Origin: Actinomycetes bacterium
Lineage (GTDB): Bacteria > Actinomycetota > Actinomycetes > S36-B12 > UBA5976
Length of the DNA stretch: 52,805 nucleotides
NCBI GenBank assembly: GCA_037131045.1
Contig: JBAXRV010000003.1
Coordinates: 1-52,805 of the forward strand
Direction: 5' to 3'
Shown here in pieces: positions 8,162 to 21,163 of the stretch. How positions within the stretch are numbered: position 1 is the first letter of the stretch; each line of letters opens with the position of its first letter. The notes under the pieces are model-generated. The model made no database searches. It worked only from the letters and a program-made list of their open reading frames with translations, and was not told the origin of the DNA. A program made the position numbers and the translations under genes.

Positions 8162-9687
8162 AGCCCGCTCCCTTCTGCACTTGGCGTATCGGGAATTGGA
8201 TCAGTCACGCCCACCGTAGTTTGCACCTGAGTGACAACTGGTTTGATGATATTCAGCGCAACTTGCGGGAAGACGCCAAGGGCAATAATCGCAGCCAAAA
8301 TTGGAGCTACTGCAATTAACTCTCGCGTTGAAATCTCCGATACTGTGCCCGTTACTTCATCACTTGGTTCGCCAGTAATTACCCGTTGGTACAGCCACAG
8401 AATATAAAATGCCGCAAGCACGATACCGAGAGTTGAAATAATCGCAATACCTTGGAACACCGAGAAGGTTCCGACAAGCACTAAGAACTCAGAGACGAAC
8501 GACGACATACCTGGAAGCGCAAGCGATGACAGTCCGGAAATCAGGAAGACTCCAGCAAGCATCGGCGCGACTTTGTTCACTCCACCGAAATCTGAAATCT
8601 TCTTTGATCCGCGACGAGATGACAAGAATCCCACAACCAGGAAAAGGGCGCCGGTTGAGAAGCCATGGTTCACCATGTAGAACGACGAGCCGGCTAGGCC
8701 CTGCGAGGTCATAACAAAAATTCCCAGCACAATAAAACCGAAGTGCGAAATTGACGAAAATGCGACCAGACGCATCATGTCGGTTTGACCAATAGCAAGA
8801 AGTGCGCCGTAGAAAATACTGATAACGGCCAGCACGATAATCACCGGTGCAAAGTAGTGACTTGCATCTGGGAAAATTGGAAGCAGGTAGCGAATCATTC
8901 CAAAGGTGCCGACCTTATCGAGCACTCCAACTAAAAGTGTGGCTGTCCCTGGTCTTGCTTCGCTGGCTGCATCAGGTAGCCACGTATGGAATGGAACCAT
9001 GGGCGCCTTCACAGCAAAGGCAAAGAAGAATCCTAGGAAAAGCATCTTTTGCGTTGCTGGATCCATGTGCAGCGTAGTGAGCACGGAATAGTCGAACGTG
9101 CCTTGACCAAGTACTCGACCCGAGACAACGTAAAGCCCAATGAGCGATGCCAACATGAAGAGGCCACCGACAAGTGAATACAGCAAGAACTTCATCGCAG
9201 CATATGCGCGCTGTGGACCACCAAACCGCCCAATAAGGAAGTAGACCGGAATGAGCATCGCCTCAAAGAACACGTAGAACAAGAACAAATCTGTGGCGGC
9301 AAAGACACCAATCATGAATACTTCGAGTGCCATGATCAGAGCGAAGAATTCTTTCACTGAACCCCGCGACGAATCTTCGGCATCCCACCAACCAGCAATG
9401 ATCACAAGTGGAACCAAAATTGTTGCCATAGCAATTAACAGGCCAGAGATGCCATCAATTCCTAAGCTCCATGAAATTCCAAATGACGGAATCCAATCGT
9501 GCTTTTCCGAATATTGCAGGCCGCCATTGCTGTTATCCAGACCAAGAGTCAAGTAGATGGCAAATGCTGCAGTAACGAGGGGCACAACGAGTGCAACTTG
9601 CTTGGCGAGTGTTTCTATAGCTTGAGGCAACAGAGCAATCGCAACAGCGCCTACGAGTGGCAGCAACATGAGTGTGGTGAGCAACAT
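8158..9687 (-). CDS. nuoM: NADH-quinone oxidoreductase subunit M
   Basis: 509-aa antiporter-like protein (motif VPFHTWLPDA), in the expected operon position. Confidence 0.92.
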   Translation of the reverse strand: MLLTTLMLLPLVGAVAIALLPQAIETLAKQVALVVPLVTAAFAIYLTLGLDNSNGGLQYSEKHDWIPSFGISWSLGIDGISGLLIAMATILVPLVIIAGWWDAEDSSRGSVKEFFALIMALEVFMIGVFAATDLFLFYVFFEAMLIPVYFLIGRFGGPQRAYAAMKFLLYSLVGGLFMLASLIGLYVVSGRVLGQGTFDYSVLTTLHMDPATQKMLFLGFFFAFAVKAPMVPFHTWLPDAASEARPGTATLLVGVLDKVGTFGMIRYLLPIFPDASHYFAPVIIVLAVISIFYGALLAIGQTDMMRLVAFSSISHFGFIVLGIFVMTSQGLAGSSFYMVNHGFSTGALFLVVGFLSSRRGSKKISDFGGVNKVAPMLAGVFLISGLSSLALPGMSSFVSEFLVLVGTFSVFQGIAIISTLGIVLAAFYILWLYQRVITGEPSDEVTGTVSEISTRELIAVAPILAAIIALGVFPQVALNIIKPVVTQVQTTVGVTDPIPDTPSAEGSGL

Positions 9688-9689
9688 GA

Positions 9690-11549
9690 TTAGAGCCTCA
9701 CTAGTAGAAGAATCACAGCGATCAAGACCGCGCCGCCCAGCATTGTTGCCGCATAAGAACGAGCAAAACCGTTTTGAAGTTTGCGACCTTGAGAGGAAAC
9801 GCCAGCGATGACCGAAGCAAGACCAACAATGGACCCATCAACGGCTTTGCTGTCAAACCACACCAGTGAGCGGGTCAGGTACTGACCGGGGCGCATAAAG
9901 ATTGCTTCGTTAAGCGCATCACCATAAGCATCAGCACGAGCCGCGCGAGTCAACAGTCGCACATTTGATGGAGCAACCAGCGGCACCGGACGTCGCCCGT
10001 ACTTGAACCAGGCGTAACCGGCGCCTAAGAGCACCACGCCTAAGGTCACAGGAATCAACACGGTGTTCGACACTTCTTTTGCTGGATCACCATGACCCAC
10101 AACGGGTTCAAGCCACGCGTCAATGTTGCCGATAAATTTCAAAGCCATTCCGCCGAACACTGAACCTACTGCAAGCACAATCATGGGCACTGTCATCGTG
10201 GATGGCGATTCATGAGGATGCACATCGTCCTGCCAACGCGCTTCGCCAAAGAAAGTCATCGTCATCATGCGAGTCATGTAGAACGCTGTGACACCCGCAC
10301 CAATCAGTGTTGCTAGGCCCACAATGAAGTTCTGCCCAAAAGCAGCACTAATAATTTCGTCCTTTGACCAGAATCCCGCAAATGGTGGGATGCCGATAAT
10401 CGCTAGAAAGCCAAGACCAAATGTTGCGTAAGTAATTTTCATAACATTGCGAAGCGCGCCATAGTGCCGCATATTCACATCGTCATGCACTCCATGCATG
10501 ACCGATCCTGCTCCGAGGAAGAGCCCAGCCTTGAACATGCCGTGAGTTAACAAGTGGAAAATAGCGAATGCATAACCGACTGGTCCAAGGCCGGCAGCCA
10601 AAATCATGTAACCGATTTGACTCATTGTGGAACCGGCAAGACCTTTCTTGATGTCGTCTTTCGCAGTTCCGATGAAAGCACCAAGCAGTAGCGTGATTGC
10701 ACCAATGACAACCACCGCAGTGCGTGCAGTCGATGACAGATCAAAAATCGCATGAGCTCGAGTGATCAGGTAAACGCCAGCGGTCACCATGGTCGCCGCG
10801 TGAATCAGCGCTGATACTGGAGTTGGGCCTTCCATCGCATCAAGGAGCCACGATTGCAACGGGAACTGTGCACTCTTTCCGCAAGCAGCAAGCAGTAGTG
10901 CAAGACCAATCCAAGTCACTGAAGTACTTGATGCCTTGCCAGCTGACGCAGCGACACCATCGAAAGTGACCGTGCCAAAAGTTGTGAACATTAACATCAC
11001 TGCAAGCGACAAACCGACGTCACCAACACGGTTCACGACGAATGCTTTCTTGCCCGCAACTGCCGCCGACGGCTTGTGCTGCCAGAACGAAATCAACAAG
11101 TACGAAGCAAGGCCGACACCTTCCCAGCCCACATAGAGCAAAAAGTAGTTGTCAGCCAAGACCAATAACAACATCGCAGCGATAAAGAGATTCAGGTAAG
11201 CAAAAAACTTTCGACGGTTCGCATCATGTTCCATGTAACCGATGGAATAGATGTGAATGAGAGTTCCTACACCCGTAATCAAAAGCACAAATGCCATCGA
11301 TAGCTGATCGATGTGAAGCGCAAACGGAACTTGAAATGAACCAACATTAATCCAGTCGAACAAATGCTGATTAACAGCGCGCTCTTCCGCGGGCCGCCCG
11401 AGCATAGAAACGAAAGTTCCAAGGCCGACAAAAAAGGCGCTTGCCGACATAGTCACGGCAAATAAATGCCCCCACGTGTTTGTGCGACGTCCACCGATTA
11501 GGAGAACTGTGGCTCCTAGTAGTGGCAACCCAATGAGTGCTGCAGTCAT
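9690..11549 (-). CDS. nuoL: NADH-quinone oxidoreductase subunit L
   Basis: 619-aa antiporter-like protein with a long C-terminal extension (lateral helix), in the expected operon position. Confidence 0.92.
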   Translation of the reverse strand: MTAALIGLPLLGATVLLIGGRRTNTWGHLFAVTMSASAFFVGLGTFVSMLGRPAEERAVNQHLFDWINVGSFQVPFALHIDQLSMAFVLLITGVGTLIHIYSIGYMEHDANRRKFFAYLNLFIAAMLLLVLADNYFLLYVGWEGVGLASYLLISFWQHKPSAAVAGKKAFVVNRVGDVGLSLAVMLMFTTFGTVTFDGVAASAGKASSTSVTWIGLALLLAACGKSAQFPLQSWLLDAMEGPTPVSALIHAATMVTAGVYLITRAHAIFDLSSTARTAVVVIGAITLLLGAFIGTAKDDIKKGLAGSTMSQIGYMILAAGLGPVGYAFAIFHLLTHGMFKAGLFLGAGSVMHGVHDDVNMRHYGALRNVMKITYATFGLGFLAIIGIPPFAGFWSKDEIISAAFGQNFIVGLATLIGAGVTAFYMTRMMTMTFFGEARWQDDVHPHESPSTMTVPMIVLAVGSVFGGMALKFIGNIDAWLEPVVGHGDPAKEVSNTVLIPVTLGVVLLGAGYAWFKYGRRPVPLVAPSNVRLLTRAARADAYGDALNEAIFMRPGQYLTRSLVWFDSKAVDGSIVGLASVIAGVSSQGRKLQNGFARSYAATMLGGAVLIAVILLLVRL

Positions 11550-11556
11550 GATTCCT

Positions 11557-11856
11557 CTAGTACTTCAACAGGTTAGCTTCGTCGATAGAAGCCGAGCGAC
11601 GGGTACGGAAAATTGTCACGATGATAGCGAGACCAACTACAACTTCAGCGGCAGCAACAACCATCACAAAGAATGCAACGACCTGGCCATCGAGTGTCCC
11701 AGTGATCCGAGACGCGGCAGCAAAAGCCAAGTTTGCAGCGTTGAGCATCATTTCAACACTCATAAACACAATGATTGCGTTCCGGCGCACGAGCACTCCA
11801 AACGCGCCAATCGTAAAAAGGATTCCAGCTAAGACCAGGTAGTTATTCGGATTCAC
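11557..11856 (-). CDS. nuoK: NADH-quinone oxidoreductase subunit K
   Basis: 99 aa with 3 TM segments, placed between nuoJ and nuoL. Confidence 0.92.
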   Translation of the reverse strand: MNPNNYLVLAGILFTIGAFGVLVRRNAIIVFMSVEMMLNAANLAFAAASRITGTLDGQVVAFFVMVVAAAEVVVGLAIIVTIFRTRRSASIDEANLLKY

Positions 11857-12569
11857 GAGGTCACTTCCTTAACGCCATCATCTGGGTTGGATTGAAACTG
11901 TGTGGGTAACGAAGCCTGTGCTGGCGTTCCATCAGGCAACAAGGCAGGAGTGTCCACTGAATTGCTGCGGGCAAGTACGCCAGGGTTTGGCAGTGGAGTC
12001 ACTTGACCAGAACGGGTGCGCTCACGTGAAAGCTCACTTTGAGTTTTGCGCGGTGCCCATCGTTCGCGATGCGCCAAAACCATTGCACCCAAAACCGCTG
12101 TGATGAGTAAGGCAGAAGTTGCTTCGAATGCGAGCAAGTATCGACCAAAAATAAGATGAGCCAGACCTTGTACGTTTCCGCCGTAACCGATGTTTTCATT
12201 GACTAGGCCGATAACCGTTGGGGACGCAGTCGCTGTGATTCCGACAATGATGAGCACACCAAAAGCCAAACCAAGAACAATCGCAATGGCACGTTGCCCC
12301 TTGATGGTTTCAATGAGTGAGTCCGATGAATCAACACCAACAATCATCAGCACAAACAGAAACAGCATCATCACAGCACCGGTGTAGACCACGATCTGCG
12401 TGGTTGCAAGGAATGGCGCTTCGAGCATGAAATACAAAATCGCGAGATTAACCATTGCGAAAGCAACCCACAGCGCACTGTGAACCGCCTTACGAGAAAC
12501 CACAAGCCCTAGAGCACCGACAACTGAGAAGATGGCGGTGACCCAAAAAACTACGGATTCACCGTTCAC
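11853..12569 (-). CDS. nuoJ: NADH-quinone oxidoreductase subunit J
   Basis: 238 aa with TM segments and a hydrophilic C-terminal tail. 4-nt overlaps on both sides. Confidence 0.9.
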   Translation of the reverse strand: MNGESVVFWVTAIFSVVGALGLVVSRKAVHSALWVAFAMVNLAILYFMLEAPFLATTQIVVYTGAVMMLFLFVLMIVGVDSSDSLIETIKGQRAIAIVLGLAFGVLIIVGITATASPTVIGLVNENIGYGGNVQGLAHLIFGRYLLAFEATSALLITAVLGAMVLAHRERWAPRKTQSELSRERTRSGQVTPLPNPGVLARSNSVDTPALLPDGTPAQASLPTQFQSNPDDGVKEVTS

Positions 12570-13108
12570 TTGTCACCTACCGAGTTAGCCGCGGGAGATG
12601 ATGTCACTTTGCCTTCGTAATAATCCTGCTCAGTCATGCCTGGCGCCATCGGATGAGGAGCTTCGAGCATTCCACCGAGTAGTGGGGCAAGCAGATCGTC
12701 TTTGGTGTAAATAAGTTTCTCTCGCGAATTGTCAGCTAATTCGTATTCGTTTGTCATTGTGAGGGCGCGAGTGGGGCAAGCCTCAATACATAAGCCACAC
12801 AAAATGCATCGCAAATAATTAATTTGGTAAACACGCCCGTAACGCTCACCAGGTGAGAATCGCTCTTCGTCAGTGTTGTCTGCACCTTCAACCAAAATTG
12901 CATCGGCTGGACATGCCCACGCACACAATTCACAACCTACGCATTTTTCTAAACCATCTGGGTGACGGTTGAGTTGATGGCGGCCATGGAAGCGCGGCTT
13001 CGGTGGAAACTTATCGCGCTCTTCTGGATATTGCTCGGTTGTTACCTTCTTAAACATTGATAAGAAGGTGACTCCAAAGCCACGAACGATTTGCGGCAAC
13101 TGTGGCAT
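12566..13108 (-). CDS. nuoI: NADH-quinone oxidoreductase subunit I
   Basis: 180 aa with [12 protein letters not shown] and [12 protein letters not shown] (clusters N6a/N6b). Confidence 0.95.
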   Translation of the reverse strand: MPQLPQIVRGFGVTFLSMFKKVTTEQYPEERDKFPPKPRFHGRHQLNRHPDGLEKCVGCELCAWACPADAILVEGADNTDEERFSPGERYGRVYQINYLRCILCGLCIEACPTRALTMTNEYELADNSREKLIYTKDDLLAPLLGGMLEAPHPMAPGMTEQDYYEGKVTSSPAANSVGDK

Positions 13109-14424
13109 TACTGCTCCTCCCCAACTTCGATACTGGGTACGGTGAGTGGACGATGACGCGAAGGCTGCGCTTGTTGATCTGGCATTGGTGGTACCGGAAA
13201 ACCGCCAGCAAAAGGGTCGAACTCTTCGCTAGCCAACAACTCTTGGCGCTCGGCTTCAAGTGCTTCTGCTTTGCCAGTACGAAGTTCATATACGTATGAA
13301 ATACCGACACCAATAACTAAGACAACCGCTGCTGCAATCATCAAACTACGGGTATCAAAATTGCTGTGGTTCTTTAGCTGACGAGCAGTAGCAACAATCA
13401 TGATCCATACGATCGAAACTGGAATGAGCACTTTCCAGCCAAACTTCATGAATTGGTCATAGCGCAAACGTGGAAGAGTGCCGCGAAGCCAAATGAAGAC
13501 GAACAAGAATGCAAAAATCTTTCCAAAGAACCACAGCATTGGCCACCAACCGGTGTTGGCTTGGCTCCAGAGCGAAATTGGATACGGTGCTCGCCAACCA
13601 CCAAGGAACAATGTCGTTGCCATAGCGGAGACGGTCACCATGTTGACGTACTCAGCTAGGAAGAACAGCGCGAACTTCAGCGAAGAATATTCAGTATGGA
13701 AACCGCCAACAAGTTCACCTTCGGCTTCTGGTAGATCAAAAGGTGCACGGTTTGTTTCGCCAACCATGGCAGTTGTATAAATCACAAACGAAGGTAAGAG
13801 CAACACGATGTACCACAGGTGTTCTTGTCCGGCGACAATTTGTGACGTCGACATTGATGACGCGTACATGAAGACTGCAACGAACGAAAGGCCCATCGCG
13901 ATTTCGTAGCTAATCATCTGGGCACTGGAACGCAAGCCACCAAGCAGTGGATACGTTGAGCCTGATGCCCAACCTGCTAGAACAATTCCGTAAATTCCCA
14001 CCGAAGCAATGGCAAGCACATAGAGAACAGATACTGGGAAGTCTGTGAGTTGTAACGGTGTGACGTGCCCGAGAATCGATACTTCAGGACCGAGCGGAAT
14101 TACCGCAAATGTGAGAAACGCTGTTGTTGCTGAAATGACAGGTGCAATCCAGTACACCGCCAAGTGAACGCCCACTGGAATAATTTCTTCCTTGAGCGCT
14201 AACTTGATGCCATCCATAAGTGACTGCAGCAAACCGAATGGGCCAACACGGTTAGGGCCTATACGCATTTGCATTCGTCCTACAACGCGACGCTCTGCCC
14301 AAATCGTCAACAACGTCATGAGCACCATGATTACGAAGATGCCGAGCACCTTAATCAGTACAACGCTAATTGGATCTTGCCCAAAGATTCCTAAGTCACC
14401 TTGAGCGCCAGTTCGGATGTTCAT
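13108..14424 (-). CDS. nuoH: NADH-quinone oxidoreductase subunit H
   Basis: 438 aa. Contains the NuoH/ND1 segment [23 protein letters not shown] plus an actinobacterial-style C-terminal extension. Confidence 0.95.
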   Translation of the reverse strand: MNIRTGAQGDLGIFGQDPISVVLIKVLGIFVIMVLMTLLTIWAERRVVGRMQMRIGPNRVGPFGLLQSLMDGIKLALKEEIIPVGVHLAVYWIAPVISATTAFLTFAVIPLGPEVSILGHVTPLQLTDFPVSVLYVLAIASVGIYGIVLAGWASGSTYPLLGGLRSSAQMISYEIAMGLSFVAVFMYASSMSTSQIVAGQEHLWYIVLLLPSFVIYTTAMVGETNRAPFDLPEAEGELVGGFHTEYSSLKFALFFLAEYVNMVTVSAMATTLFLGGWRAPYPISLWSQANTGWWPMLWFFGKIFAFLFVFIWLRGTLPRLRYDQFMKFGWKVLIPVSIVWIMIVATARQLKNHSNFDTRSLMIAAAVVLVIGVGISYVYELRTGKAEALEAERQELLASEEFDPFAGGFPVPPMPDQQAQPSRHRPLTVPSIEVGEEQ

Positions 14425-16640
14425 GACTCACCTCCGGAAACGTTAACGACTGTTCCTGATGGCAAGTTCAAACAAGCCCCTTCGCTATTGGCAGGAATCC
14501 AGACAACACCATCAGCCATACCTGCAGTTTCAATCACAGGTGCAACTGCCTTGTCGCCACAACATTCCACAGTGGCCATCGCACCATCAACAAGTTTGAG
14601 TTGGCGAGCCGTCTGCGGGCTCACGCGAATTACAGCAACACGTGAGGTCGACGCCAAATATGGTTCACCGTCTTGCAATGTACCCAGGTCAAGCAAGTGA
14701 TGCCACGACGACAGAACAGCCTGACCAGCACCAACGGATTCAGCCGCTGACTTTGCTACTGAGATTTCTGGCTTATTAGCTGACAACCAAAAATCATTGA
14801 GTGATAGTGCGCTTCCCATTTCACGTGCGATTTCGCCAAGCACGTCGGCATCGCTCATTGAGCCTGCCACTGGAGTAGCAACCTTGAAGGAACGGTCGCG
14901 GCCTTCCCAGTTTCGGAAGGTTCCAGACTTTTCTGTCACCACAGCAACAGGAAGGACAACATCTGCAACTGCAGTGACATCGGTATGGCGTGTTTCAAGT
15001 GAGACAACAAACTGCGCCCGTTGCGCTGCTGCTACAAGATCACCCTGGACATCGTTTGCCGAAACGCCTGCGATAACAAGACCCTTAACGTGTGCTCCCG
15101 CATCAGCAATGATTGCGTCGGTGTCGCGACCGTTAATTGGTAGCAGACCTGCATCAAGTGCGCCACGATCGCCTGCACGTCGCGGGATCCACGCAATTCG
15201 TGCTTGGGTCGAAGCCGCGAGGTCAGCAATCGCCTTAAGCAAGCCTGGAGTTTGCGCGGCACGTTCACCAACCACGATGACGCTACCTGGTTCGCTCAGG
15301 TGTGCTGCCGCGCCATTAACTGCGGCAACTTCTTCACGTGGACCAGCGGCAAGAAGAGTTCCCTTCATCTTGGCCAATCCAGCAGTTGTGTATGGGGCTA
15401 CGGAGTACACCCTTGTGCGGTGTGACAAGGCAGCCTTGCGAAGTCGTAAGAACACAATCGGGGATTCATCTTCAGGATCGATGCCGACGAGAAGAACAGC
15501 GGGCGCAGTTTCTAAATCACCGTAAGTGACATCAAGACCGTGGCCTGCAACGTGCTGCGCCAAAAATGCTGTTTCTTCGCTGCTGACAGCGCGTGCCCGG
15601 AAATCCACATCGCGAGTACCAATGACATCGCGGGCAAATGAGTTGTAAGCGAGGGCATCTTCGTAAGTAATACGCCCACCCGTTAATACACCTGTTGCAG
15701 TGCCGGTTGCTTTGAGTCCTGCAGCCACTGCGCGCAGTGCTTCTGGCCACGATGCAGGAACGAGATTTCCATCAGCATCGCGAACTAGCGGATGAGTCAG
15801 CCGACCTTCCCGCAAGTATGGGAAAGCGAAACGACCCTTATCGCAATTCCATTCCTCGTTGACTTCAGGTGCATCCCACGCAAGACGACGCATGACAGTG
15901 CCACGACGTACGTCAGTGCGAAGTGCGCAACCGCTTGCACAGTGCTCACATGCACTTGGGGTACTTACTAAATCGAAAGGACGCGAACGGAATCGGTACT
16001 TGGCCGACGTCAATGCACCAACGGGACAAATTTGAATGGTGTTGCCGCTGAAGTATGAATCAAATGGTTGGTCTGCAGAAATACCAACTTGTTGCTTAGC
16101 GCCTCGTTCTAGCAAATCAATAAAGTGATCTCCAGCGATTTCTTCAGCAAACCGGGTGCAGCGAGCGCACGACACACAACGCTCACGATCAAGAAGTACT
16201 TGGGCACTGACGTTGATTGGTTTTGGAAAAGTGCGTTTGGTGCCATCGAATCGAGTTTCGCCACGGCCAGCAGTCATCGCTTGATTTTGCAGCGGGCATT
16301 CGCCACCCTTGTCGCAAATTGGACAATCCAACGGATGATTAATGAGCAAAAACTCCATCACACCAGATTGCGCTTTTTGCGCCATCTCGCTTGTGTGTTG
16401 TGTCTTAACAACCATGCCCTCGGCAACAGGAATGGCGCATGCCGGTTGAGGTTTCCCTTGACCTTCAATTTCCACTAAACACATACGGCACGCTGCAACA
16501 GGCGAAAGCAGTGGATGATCACAGAACCGCGGAATCGCGGTACCGAGCATTTCAGCAACCCGGATGATGAGCGTGCCAGCAGGAACTTCTACTGCGACAC
16601 CATCAACAGTGAGGTTTACGGTTTGCGTTGTAACAGTCAT
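14421..16640 (-). CDS. nuoG: NADH-quinone oxidoreductase subunit G
   Basis: 739 aa. N-terminal 2Fe-2S ([15 protein letters not shown]), [14 protein letters not shown] and [10 protein letters not shown] motifs, followed by a molybdopterin-like domain. Confidence 0.95.
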   Translation of the reverse strand: MTVTTQTVNLTVDGVAVEVPAGTLIIRVAEMLGTAIPRFCDHPLLSPVAACRMCLVEIEGQGKPQPACAIPVAEGMVVKTQHTSEMAQKAQSGVMEFLLINHPLDCPICDKGGECPLQNQAMTAGRGETRFDGTKRTFPKPINVSAQVLLDRERCVSCARCTRFAEEIAGDHFIDLLERGAKQQVGISADQPFDSYFSGNTIQICPVGALTSAKYRFRSRPFDLVSTPSACEHCASGCALRTDVRRGTVMRRLAWDAPEVNEEWNCDKGRFAFPYLREGRLTHPLVRDADGNLVPASWPEALRAVAAGLKATGTATGVLTGGRITYEDALAYNSFARDVIGTRDVDFRARAVSSEETAFLAQHVAGHGLDVTYGDLETAPAVLLVGIDPEDESPIVFLRLRKAALSHRTRVYSVAPYTTAGLAKMKGTLLAAGPREEVAAVNGAAAHLSEPGSVIVVGERAAQTPGLLKAIADLAASTQARIAWIPRRAGDRGALDAGLLPINGRDTDAIIADAGAHVKGLVIAGVSANDVQGDLVAAAQRAQFVVSLETRHTDVTAVADVVLPVAVVTEKSGTFRNWEGRDRSFKVATPVAGSMSDADVLGEIAREMGSALSLNDFWLSANKPEISVAKSAAESVGAGQAVLSSWHHLLDLGTLQDGEPYLASTSRVAVIRVSPQTARQLKLVDGAMATVECCGDKAVAPVIETAGMADGVVWIPANSEGACLNLPSGTVVNVSGGES

Positions 16641-17938
16641 CGAGTCGCTCCAGCAAATACTGTGGCAGCGATCGGATTAAAGGAATCGTTCGCTGGAGTG
16701 GTTGTTGCTTGCACAAACTCGTCACGGAAATGTTTGAGAGCTGCAGGGAATGGCGTTGCAGCAGCATCACCTAACGCACAGAATGAGCGACCTGCGATCT
16801 GGCCACACAATTCAACAATCTTGTCCAAATCACTTTCTGTGCCATGTCCTTCTTCTAGACGATGGAGCAAGTCGCTAATCCAGTAGGTGCCTTCACGACA
16901 TGGTGTGCACTTGCCGCAGGACTCATGTTTATAGAACGCAAGCCAACCAGCGACCGCGCGAACTACCGACGTCGTTTCATCAAAGATCATCGGAGTACCA
17001 GTTCCCAGCATGGAACCTGCAGCGGCGATGTCTTCGTAGGTAAGCGGAGTATCGAGTAAGTCAGGAGTCAACATCGGAACTGATGATCCACCGGGCAGCC
17101 AAAACTTCACTGTGTGGCCATTGCGCACTCCACCAGCATGTTCCAGAAGCTCACGCATTGTGATGCCTAATGGTGCTTCATAAATACCTGGGCGATTCAC
17201 GTGTCCTGAGACCGCAAACAATTTAAAGCCTGGAGATTTTTCAGTTCCAAAAGAGCGGAACCATTCAACGCCGTTGTTCACGATGTGTGGAATGTTCGCA
17301 ATGGTTTCCACGTTGTTGACACATGATGGCGATGCATACAAGCCAGCAACGGCAGGAAACGGTGGCTTCAAACGTGGCTGGCCGCGACGGCCTTCAAGAG
17401 AATCAAGTAACGCAGTCTCTTCACCGCAGATGTAAGCACCCGCACCGGCATGAAGTACAACATCTAAATTGAAACCTGAACCCATGATGTTCTTGCCAAG
17501 GTAACCAGCCGTGTAGGCCTCGCGAATTGCCGCATTAACCCGACGGAATACGTGTGGCACTTCGCCGCGAACATAAATAAATGCGTGATTGGCGCGCATC
17601 GCAAACGCTGCAATGATGATGCCTTCGATCAAAGCATGCGGATTAGCAAGCATCAATGGAATGTCTTTACAAGCACCTGGCTCGGATTCATCAGCATTGA
17701 TAACTAAGTAGTGCGGCTTGCCATCGTTTTGCGGGACGAACGACCACTTCATACCAGTGGGGAATCCTGCACCACCGCGACCACGAAGTCCGGAATCTTT
17801 CACTAGTGTGATGATCTCGTCAGCGCCTTGTGAAAACGCTTTTTTGAATGCGGTGTATCCACCGTGACGCATGTAGCCGCCGATTGTGTAACTATCAGCT
17901 TCATCCCAATGCGCGGTTAAGACTGGAGTAAGAGTCAT
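16637..17938 (-). CDS. nuoF: NADH-quinone oxidoreductase subunit F
   Basis: 433 aa with GLRGRGGAGFPTG (FMN/NADH site) and ESCGKCTPCREG (N3 cluster). Confidence 0.95.
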   Translation of the reverse strand: MTLTPVLTAHWDEADSYTIGGYMRHGGYTAFKKAFSQGADEIITLVKDSGLRGRGGAGFPTGMKWSFVPQNDGKPHYLVINADESEPGACKDIPLMLANPHALIEGIIIAAFAMRANHAFIYVRGEVPHVFRRVNAAIREAYTAGYLGKNIMGSGFNLDVVLHAGAGAYICGEETALLDSLEGRRGQPRLKPPFPAVAGLYASPSCVNNVETIANIPHIVNNGVEWFRSFGTEKSPGFKLFAVSGHVNRPGIYEAPLGITMRELLEHAGGVRNGHTVKFWLPGGSSVPMLTPDLLDTPLTYEDIAAAGSMLGTGTPMIFDETTSVVRAVAGWLAFYKHESCGKCTPCREGTYWISDLLHRLEEGHGTESDLDKIVELCGQIAGRSFCALGDAAATPFPAALKHFRDEFVQATTTPANDSFNPIAATVFAGATR

Positions 17939-18582
17939 TTCTTTGCCTCCGGTGCTTTCTGTCCGAGTTCCTGAGCACGACGTAATCCAGCAAGCATGAT
18001 GTCGTCGGCTTGGCCACCGAATTCGACGAGGCCGTCATCAAAACCGGCCAAGGTGAGTTCGTTGTCTTTGAATGTTGGAATGCGTGGACCGCGTGAGCTG
18101 TGCACTTCTTCTCCACGTTGTAATGCTTCAACGACAGTCACAGCTGATTGTGGCGTCATGTTGTCTAGGAATTCCCAATTAGCAGTCATGACTGGAGCAT
18201 GAGTACATGCTGCTTGGCATTCAATGCGCTCAAAAGAAATTTTTCCATCTTCGGTAACTTCATCATTTCCAATACCGAACCGTTCGCACAACGTTGACCA
18301 GATTGCATCACCACCGAGAATGCCGCAACCAGGGTTGATGCACACACCGATGTGATACTCACCAACTGGCTTACGGTGATACATCGTGTAGAAGGTTGCT
18401 ACTGCGGCAACATCAGCAGTAGTCAATGCGAGCACGTCTGCACAAAATGCAATTCCATCTGCGCTGACAAAACCTTCTTCGCTTTGTACCAAGTGCAAAA
18501 GTGGAAGTAGCGCTGAACGTGAATGTGGATAGCGCGAAATGATTTCTTGGGCTCGCTCTTGAGTGGTTTGAGTGAATGCCAT
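17935..18582 (-). CDS. nuoE: NADH-quinone oxidoreductase subunit E
   Basis: 215 aa. Thioredoxin-like 2Fe-2S pattern CINPGC ... CQAAC. Confidence 0.93.
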   Translation of the reverse strand: MAFTQTTQERAQEIISRYPHSRSALLPLLHLVQSEEGFVSADGIAFCADVLALTTADVAAVATFYTMYHRKPVGEYHIGVCINPGCGILGGDAIWSTLCERFGIGNDEVTEDGKISFERIECQAACTHAPVMTANWEFLDNMTPQSAVTVVEALQRGEEVHSSRGPRIPTFKDNELTLAGFDDGLVEFGGQADDIMLAGLRRAQELGQKAPEAKK

Positions 18583-19902
18583 TTAGCGATCAACACCACC
18601 CATCACAGGGTCAATTGATGCAACAGCTGCAATGACATCTGCAATCTGGCCACCTTCACACATTGCTGCGGTTGCTTGCAGGTTTGTAAATGATGGGTCG
18701 CGGTAATGGACTCGATAAGGACGAGTGCCGCCATCGGAAACTATGTGTACGCCGAGCTCACCACGTGGTGACTCAACAGCGCTGTATACCTGGCCCGCAG
18801 GAACCGAAAAGCCTTCGGTCACTAACTTGAAATGGTGAATCAATGCTTCCATTGACTGACCCATAATCAACTTGATGTGCTCAAGGGAATTACCTTGACC
18901 ATCAGTTCCAATCGACAATTGTGCTGGCCAGGCAATCTTTTTGTCTTCCACCATTACGGGTCCTGGCTGTAGCCGATCAAGACATTGTTCAACAATGTTG
19001 AGTGACTGTTCCATTTCGGCAAGACGAATTAAGAAGCGACCGTAGGCATCTGATGTTGTTTGGGTACATACGTCGAATTCGTAGTTTTCGTATCCGCTGT
19101 ATGGAGCTGATTTACGGAGATCGTGCGGCAGCCCCGTTGCGCGAAGCACTGGGCCGGTGATGCCAAGTGACATACAACCTGCGAGGTCTAAGTAACCAAC
19201 GCCCGATGTGCGTGCCATCCATACGGAATTATCAACCAGCATGTTTGCTGTGTCTTTGAAACGACGTGGCAACGACTTCACAGCATCGCGAATTTCTTGC
19301 TCTGCGCCGTCTGGCAAATCTTGAGCAACGCCGCCTGGACGAATGTATGCGCTATTCATACGAAGGCCTGTGACGAGTTCAAACAAGTCAAGAACCGTTT
19401 CGCGTTCGCGGAAACCGAAAATCATTGCAGTCAGTGCGCCCAGTTCCATACCGCCAGTTGCAAGTGCAACCAAGTGCGATGAAATGCGATTAAGTTCCAT
19501 CATCATCACGCGGATAACTTGTGCGCGCTCTGGGATCTGATCTGTGATGCCTAAAAGTTTTTCAACACCCAAGCAATAAGCAGCTTCATTAAAGAATGGA
19601 GATAGATAGTCCATGCGAGTGACGAATGTGACACCTTGCGTCCAGGAACGAAACTCCATGTTCTTTTCGATTCCAGTGTGCAAGTACCCAATGCCACAAC
19701 GAGCTTCGGTTACCGTTTCCCCATCGAGTTCCAAGATCAGGCGCAGCACACCGTGGGTGGAAGGGTGCTGTGGTCCCATGTTGACAACAATGCGCTCAGT
19801 TTCACCTTCAGCGGCACCCGTGATTGAATCCCAATCTTGGCCTTGGACAGTAAAAACGCGACCGGTCGTGGTCTCGTAGGTGTCAGCGTAAGTATCAGTC
19901 AT
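18583..19902 (-). CDS. nuoD: NADH-quinone oxidoreductase subunit D
   Basis: 439-aa 49-kDa subunit ([16 protein letters not shown]-terminal DPVMGGVDR). Confidence 0.95.
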   Translation of the reverse strand: MTDTYADTYETTTGRVFTVQGQDWDSITGAAEGETERIVVNMGPQHPSTHGVLRLILELDGETVTEARCGIGYLHTGIEKNMEFRSWTQGVTFVTRMDYLSPFFNEAAYCLGVEKLLGITDQIPERAQVIRVMMMELNRISSHLVALATGGMELGALTAMIFGFRERETVLDLFELVTGLRMNSAYIRPGGVAQDLPDGAEQEIRDAVKSLPRRFKDTANMLVDNSVWMARTSGVGYLDLAGCMSLGITGPVLRATGLPHDLRKSAPYSGYENYEFDVCTQTTSDAYGRFLIRLAEMEQSLNIVEQCLDRLQPGPVMVEDKKIAWPAQLSIGTDGQGNSLEHIKLIMGQSMEALIHHFKLVTEGFSVPAGQVYSAVESPRGELGVHIVSDGGTRPYRVHYRDPSFTNLQATAAMCEGGQIADVIAAVASIDPVMGGVDR

Positions 19903-20597
19903 TAGTTGTACGACCTCCGCTGGTCTGGTGCCGGGACTGTTGCACCCTTGTATTCAACAGGAATACCGCCGAGTGGGTAATCCTTGCGTTGTGGGTGGCC
20001 TTGCCAATCATCTGGCATCTGAATTCGAGTCAGATGTGGATGGCCATCAAACACAATTCCGAAGAAGTCGAACGTTTCACGTTCGTGCCAATCTGCAGTG
20101 GGATAAACCGCAAACAGCGATGGCAAGTGTGGATGTTCATCAGCAACAGTGACTTCGACGCGCAGAGTTCGCACGTGTGTGATGGAACGGAATTGATAAA
20201 CCGCATGTAATTCGCGTCCTGTTTGATGTGGGTAATGAACACCGTTCACTCCAAGACACAGCTCGTATCGAAGCCCTGGCTCATCGCGCAGGGTGCGTGC
20301 AAACGCTACGAGTTCGGAGGCGTGAACATGAATGGTCATTTCATCGAATGCAATAACAATTTTTTCAATTGCCTTTTCGGCGCTGGTGCCAAAGTCAGGT
20401 AGTGAGGCAATAATTTCGTCTACAACCACATCGAATTGGGCGCCGAATGGTCGAGCCGATGCAGCAGGAACGGGAACGATACTGACGAGTCCACCGAAAC
20501 CTGAGGTGTCACCTGAACCTTGCGAACCGAACATTCCTTCGCGCACAGTGACAACTTCAAGCAGTGGCTGTCCCACTGGTATTAAATCTTCACTCAT
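19902..20597 (-). CDS. nuoC: NADH-quinone oxidoreductase subunit C
   Basis: 231-aa 30-kDa subunit with the motif [20 protein letters not shown]. Confidence 0.95.
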   Translation of the reverse strand: MSEDLIPVGQPLLEVVTVREGMFGSQGSGDTSGFGGLVSIVPVPAASARPFGAQFDVVVDEIIASLPDFGTSAEKAIEKIVIAFDEMTIHVHASELVAFARTLRDEPGLRYELCLGVNGVHYPHQTGRELHAVYQFRSITHVRTLRVEVTVADEHPHLPSLFAVYPTADWHERETFDFFGIVFDGHPHLTRIQMPDDWQGHPQRKDYPLGGIPVEYKGATVPAPDQRRSYN

Positions 20598-21148
20598 CGC
20601 ATGAGTCCGGTCTGCAAAATAGTTGGTGTTGCTAATAGTGCGTCGTTTTCAAGTTCGCGAATTTGCTTCACTCGATTTGCGCCAAGTTGAGTATCCGAAA
20701 TCTGGTCGTGCAACTTGAGAAGCGCATCAATCAACATTTCAGGACGTGGCGGACAGCCAGGCAGATAAATGTCAACGGGAACGATGTGATCCACACCTTG
20801 CACAACGGCGTAGTTGTTGAACATTCCACCGGAAGAGGCACACACGCCCATTGCCAGAACCCATTTTGGTGCTGACATTTGATCGTAAATTTGTCGAACA
20901 ACTGGAGCCATCTTTTGGCTCACGCGTCCGGCGACAATCATGAGGTCAGCCTGACGAGGAGAGGCGCGAAACACTTCCATTCCAAATCGCGCTAAGTCGT
21001 AGCGTCCTGCACCTGATGCCATCATTTCAATCGCACAACATGCCAGGCCGAAAGTAGCTGGCCACAATGAATTCTTACGGGCGTAGCCTGCAAGACCTTC
21101 AACGGTTGTCAGCAGAACTCCACTCGGAAGTTTTTCTTCAAGGCCCAT
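20594..21148 (-). CDS. nuoB: NADH-quinone oxidoreductase subunit B
   Basis: 184 aa with [16 protein letters not shown] and LPGCPPRP (cluster N2). Confidence 0.95.
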   Translation of the reverse strand: MGLEEKLPSGVLLTTVEGLAGYARKNSLWPATFGLACCAIEMMASGAGRYDLARFGMEVFRASPRQADLMIVAGRVSQKMAPVVRQIYDQMSAPKWVLAMGVCASSGGMFNNYAVVQGVDHIVPVDIYLPGCPPRPEMLIDALLKLHDQISDTQLGANRVKQIRELENDALLATPTILQTGLMR

Positions 21149-21163
21149 CAGTTAGTTACCTAC

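Noticed and set aside
14797-15525. 242-aa plus-strand ORF, with several other ORFs of 60-120 aa, lying antisense inside nuoG and other nuo genes
   Set aside because: They sit entirely inside strongly supported coding regions on the opposite strand. Their composition is rich in Ala/Ser/Arg/Pro with no motifs. This is the typical antisense open frame of a codon-biased gene.
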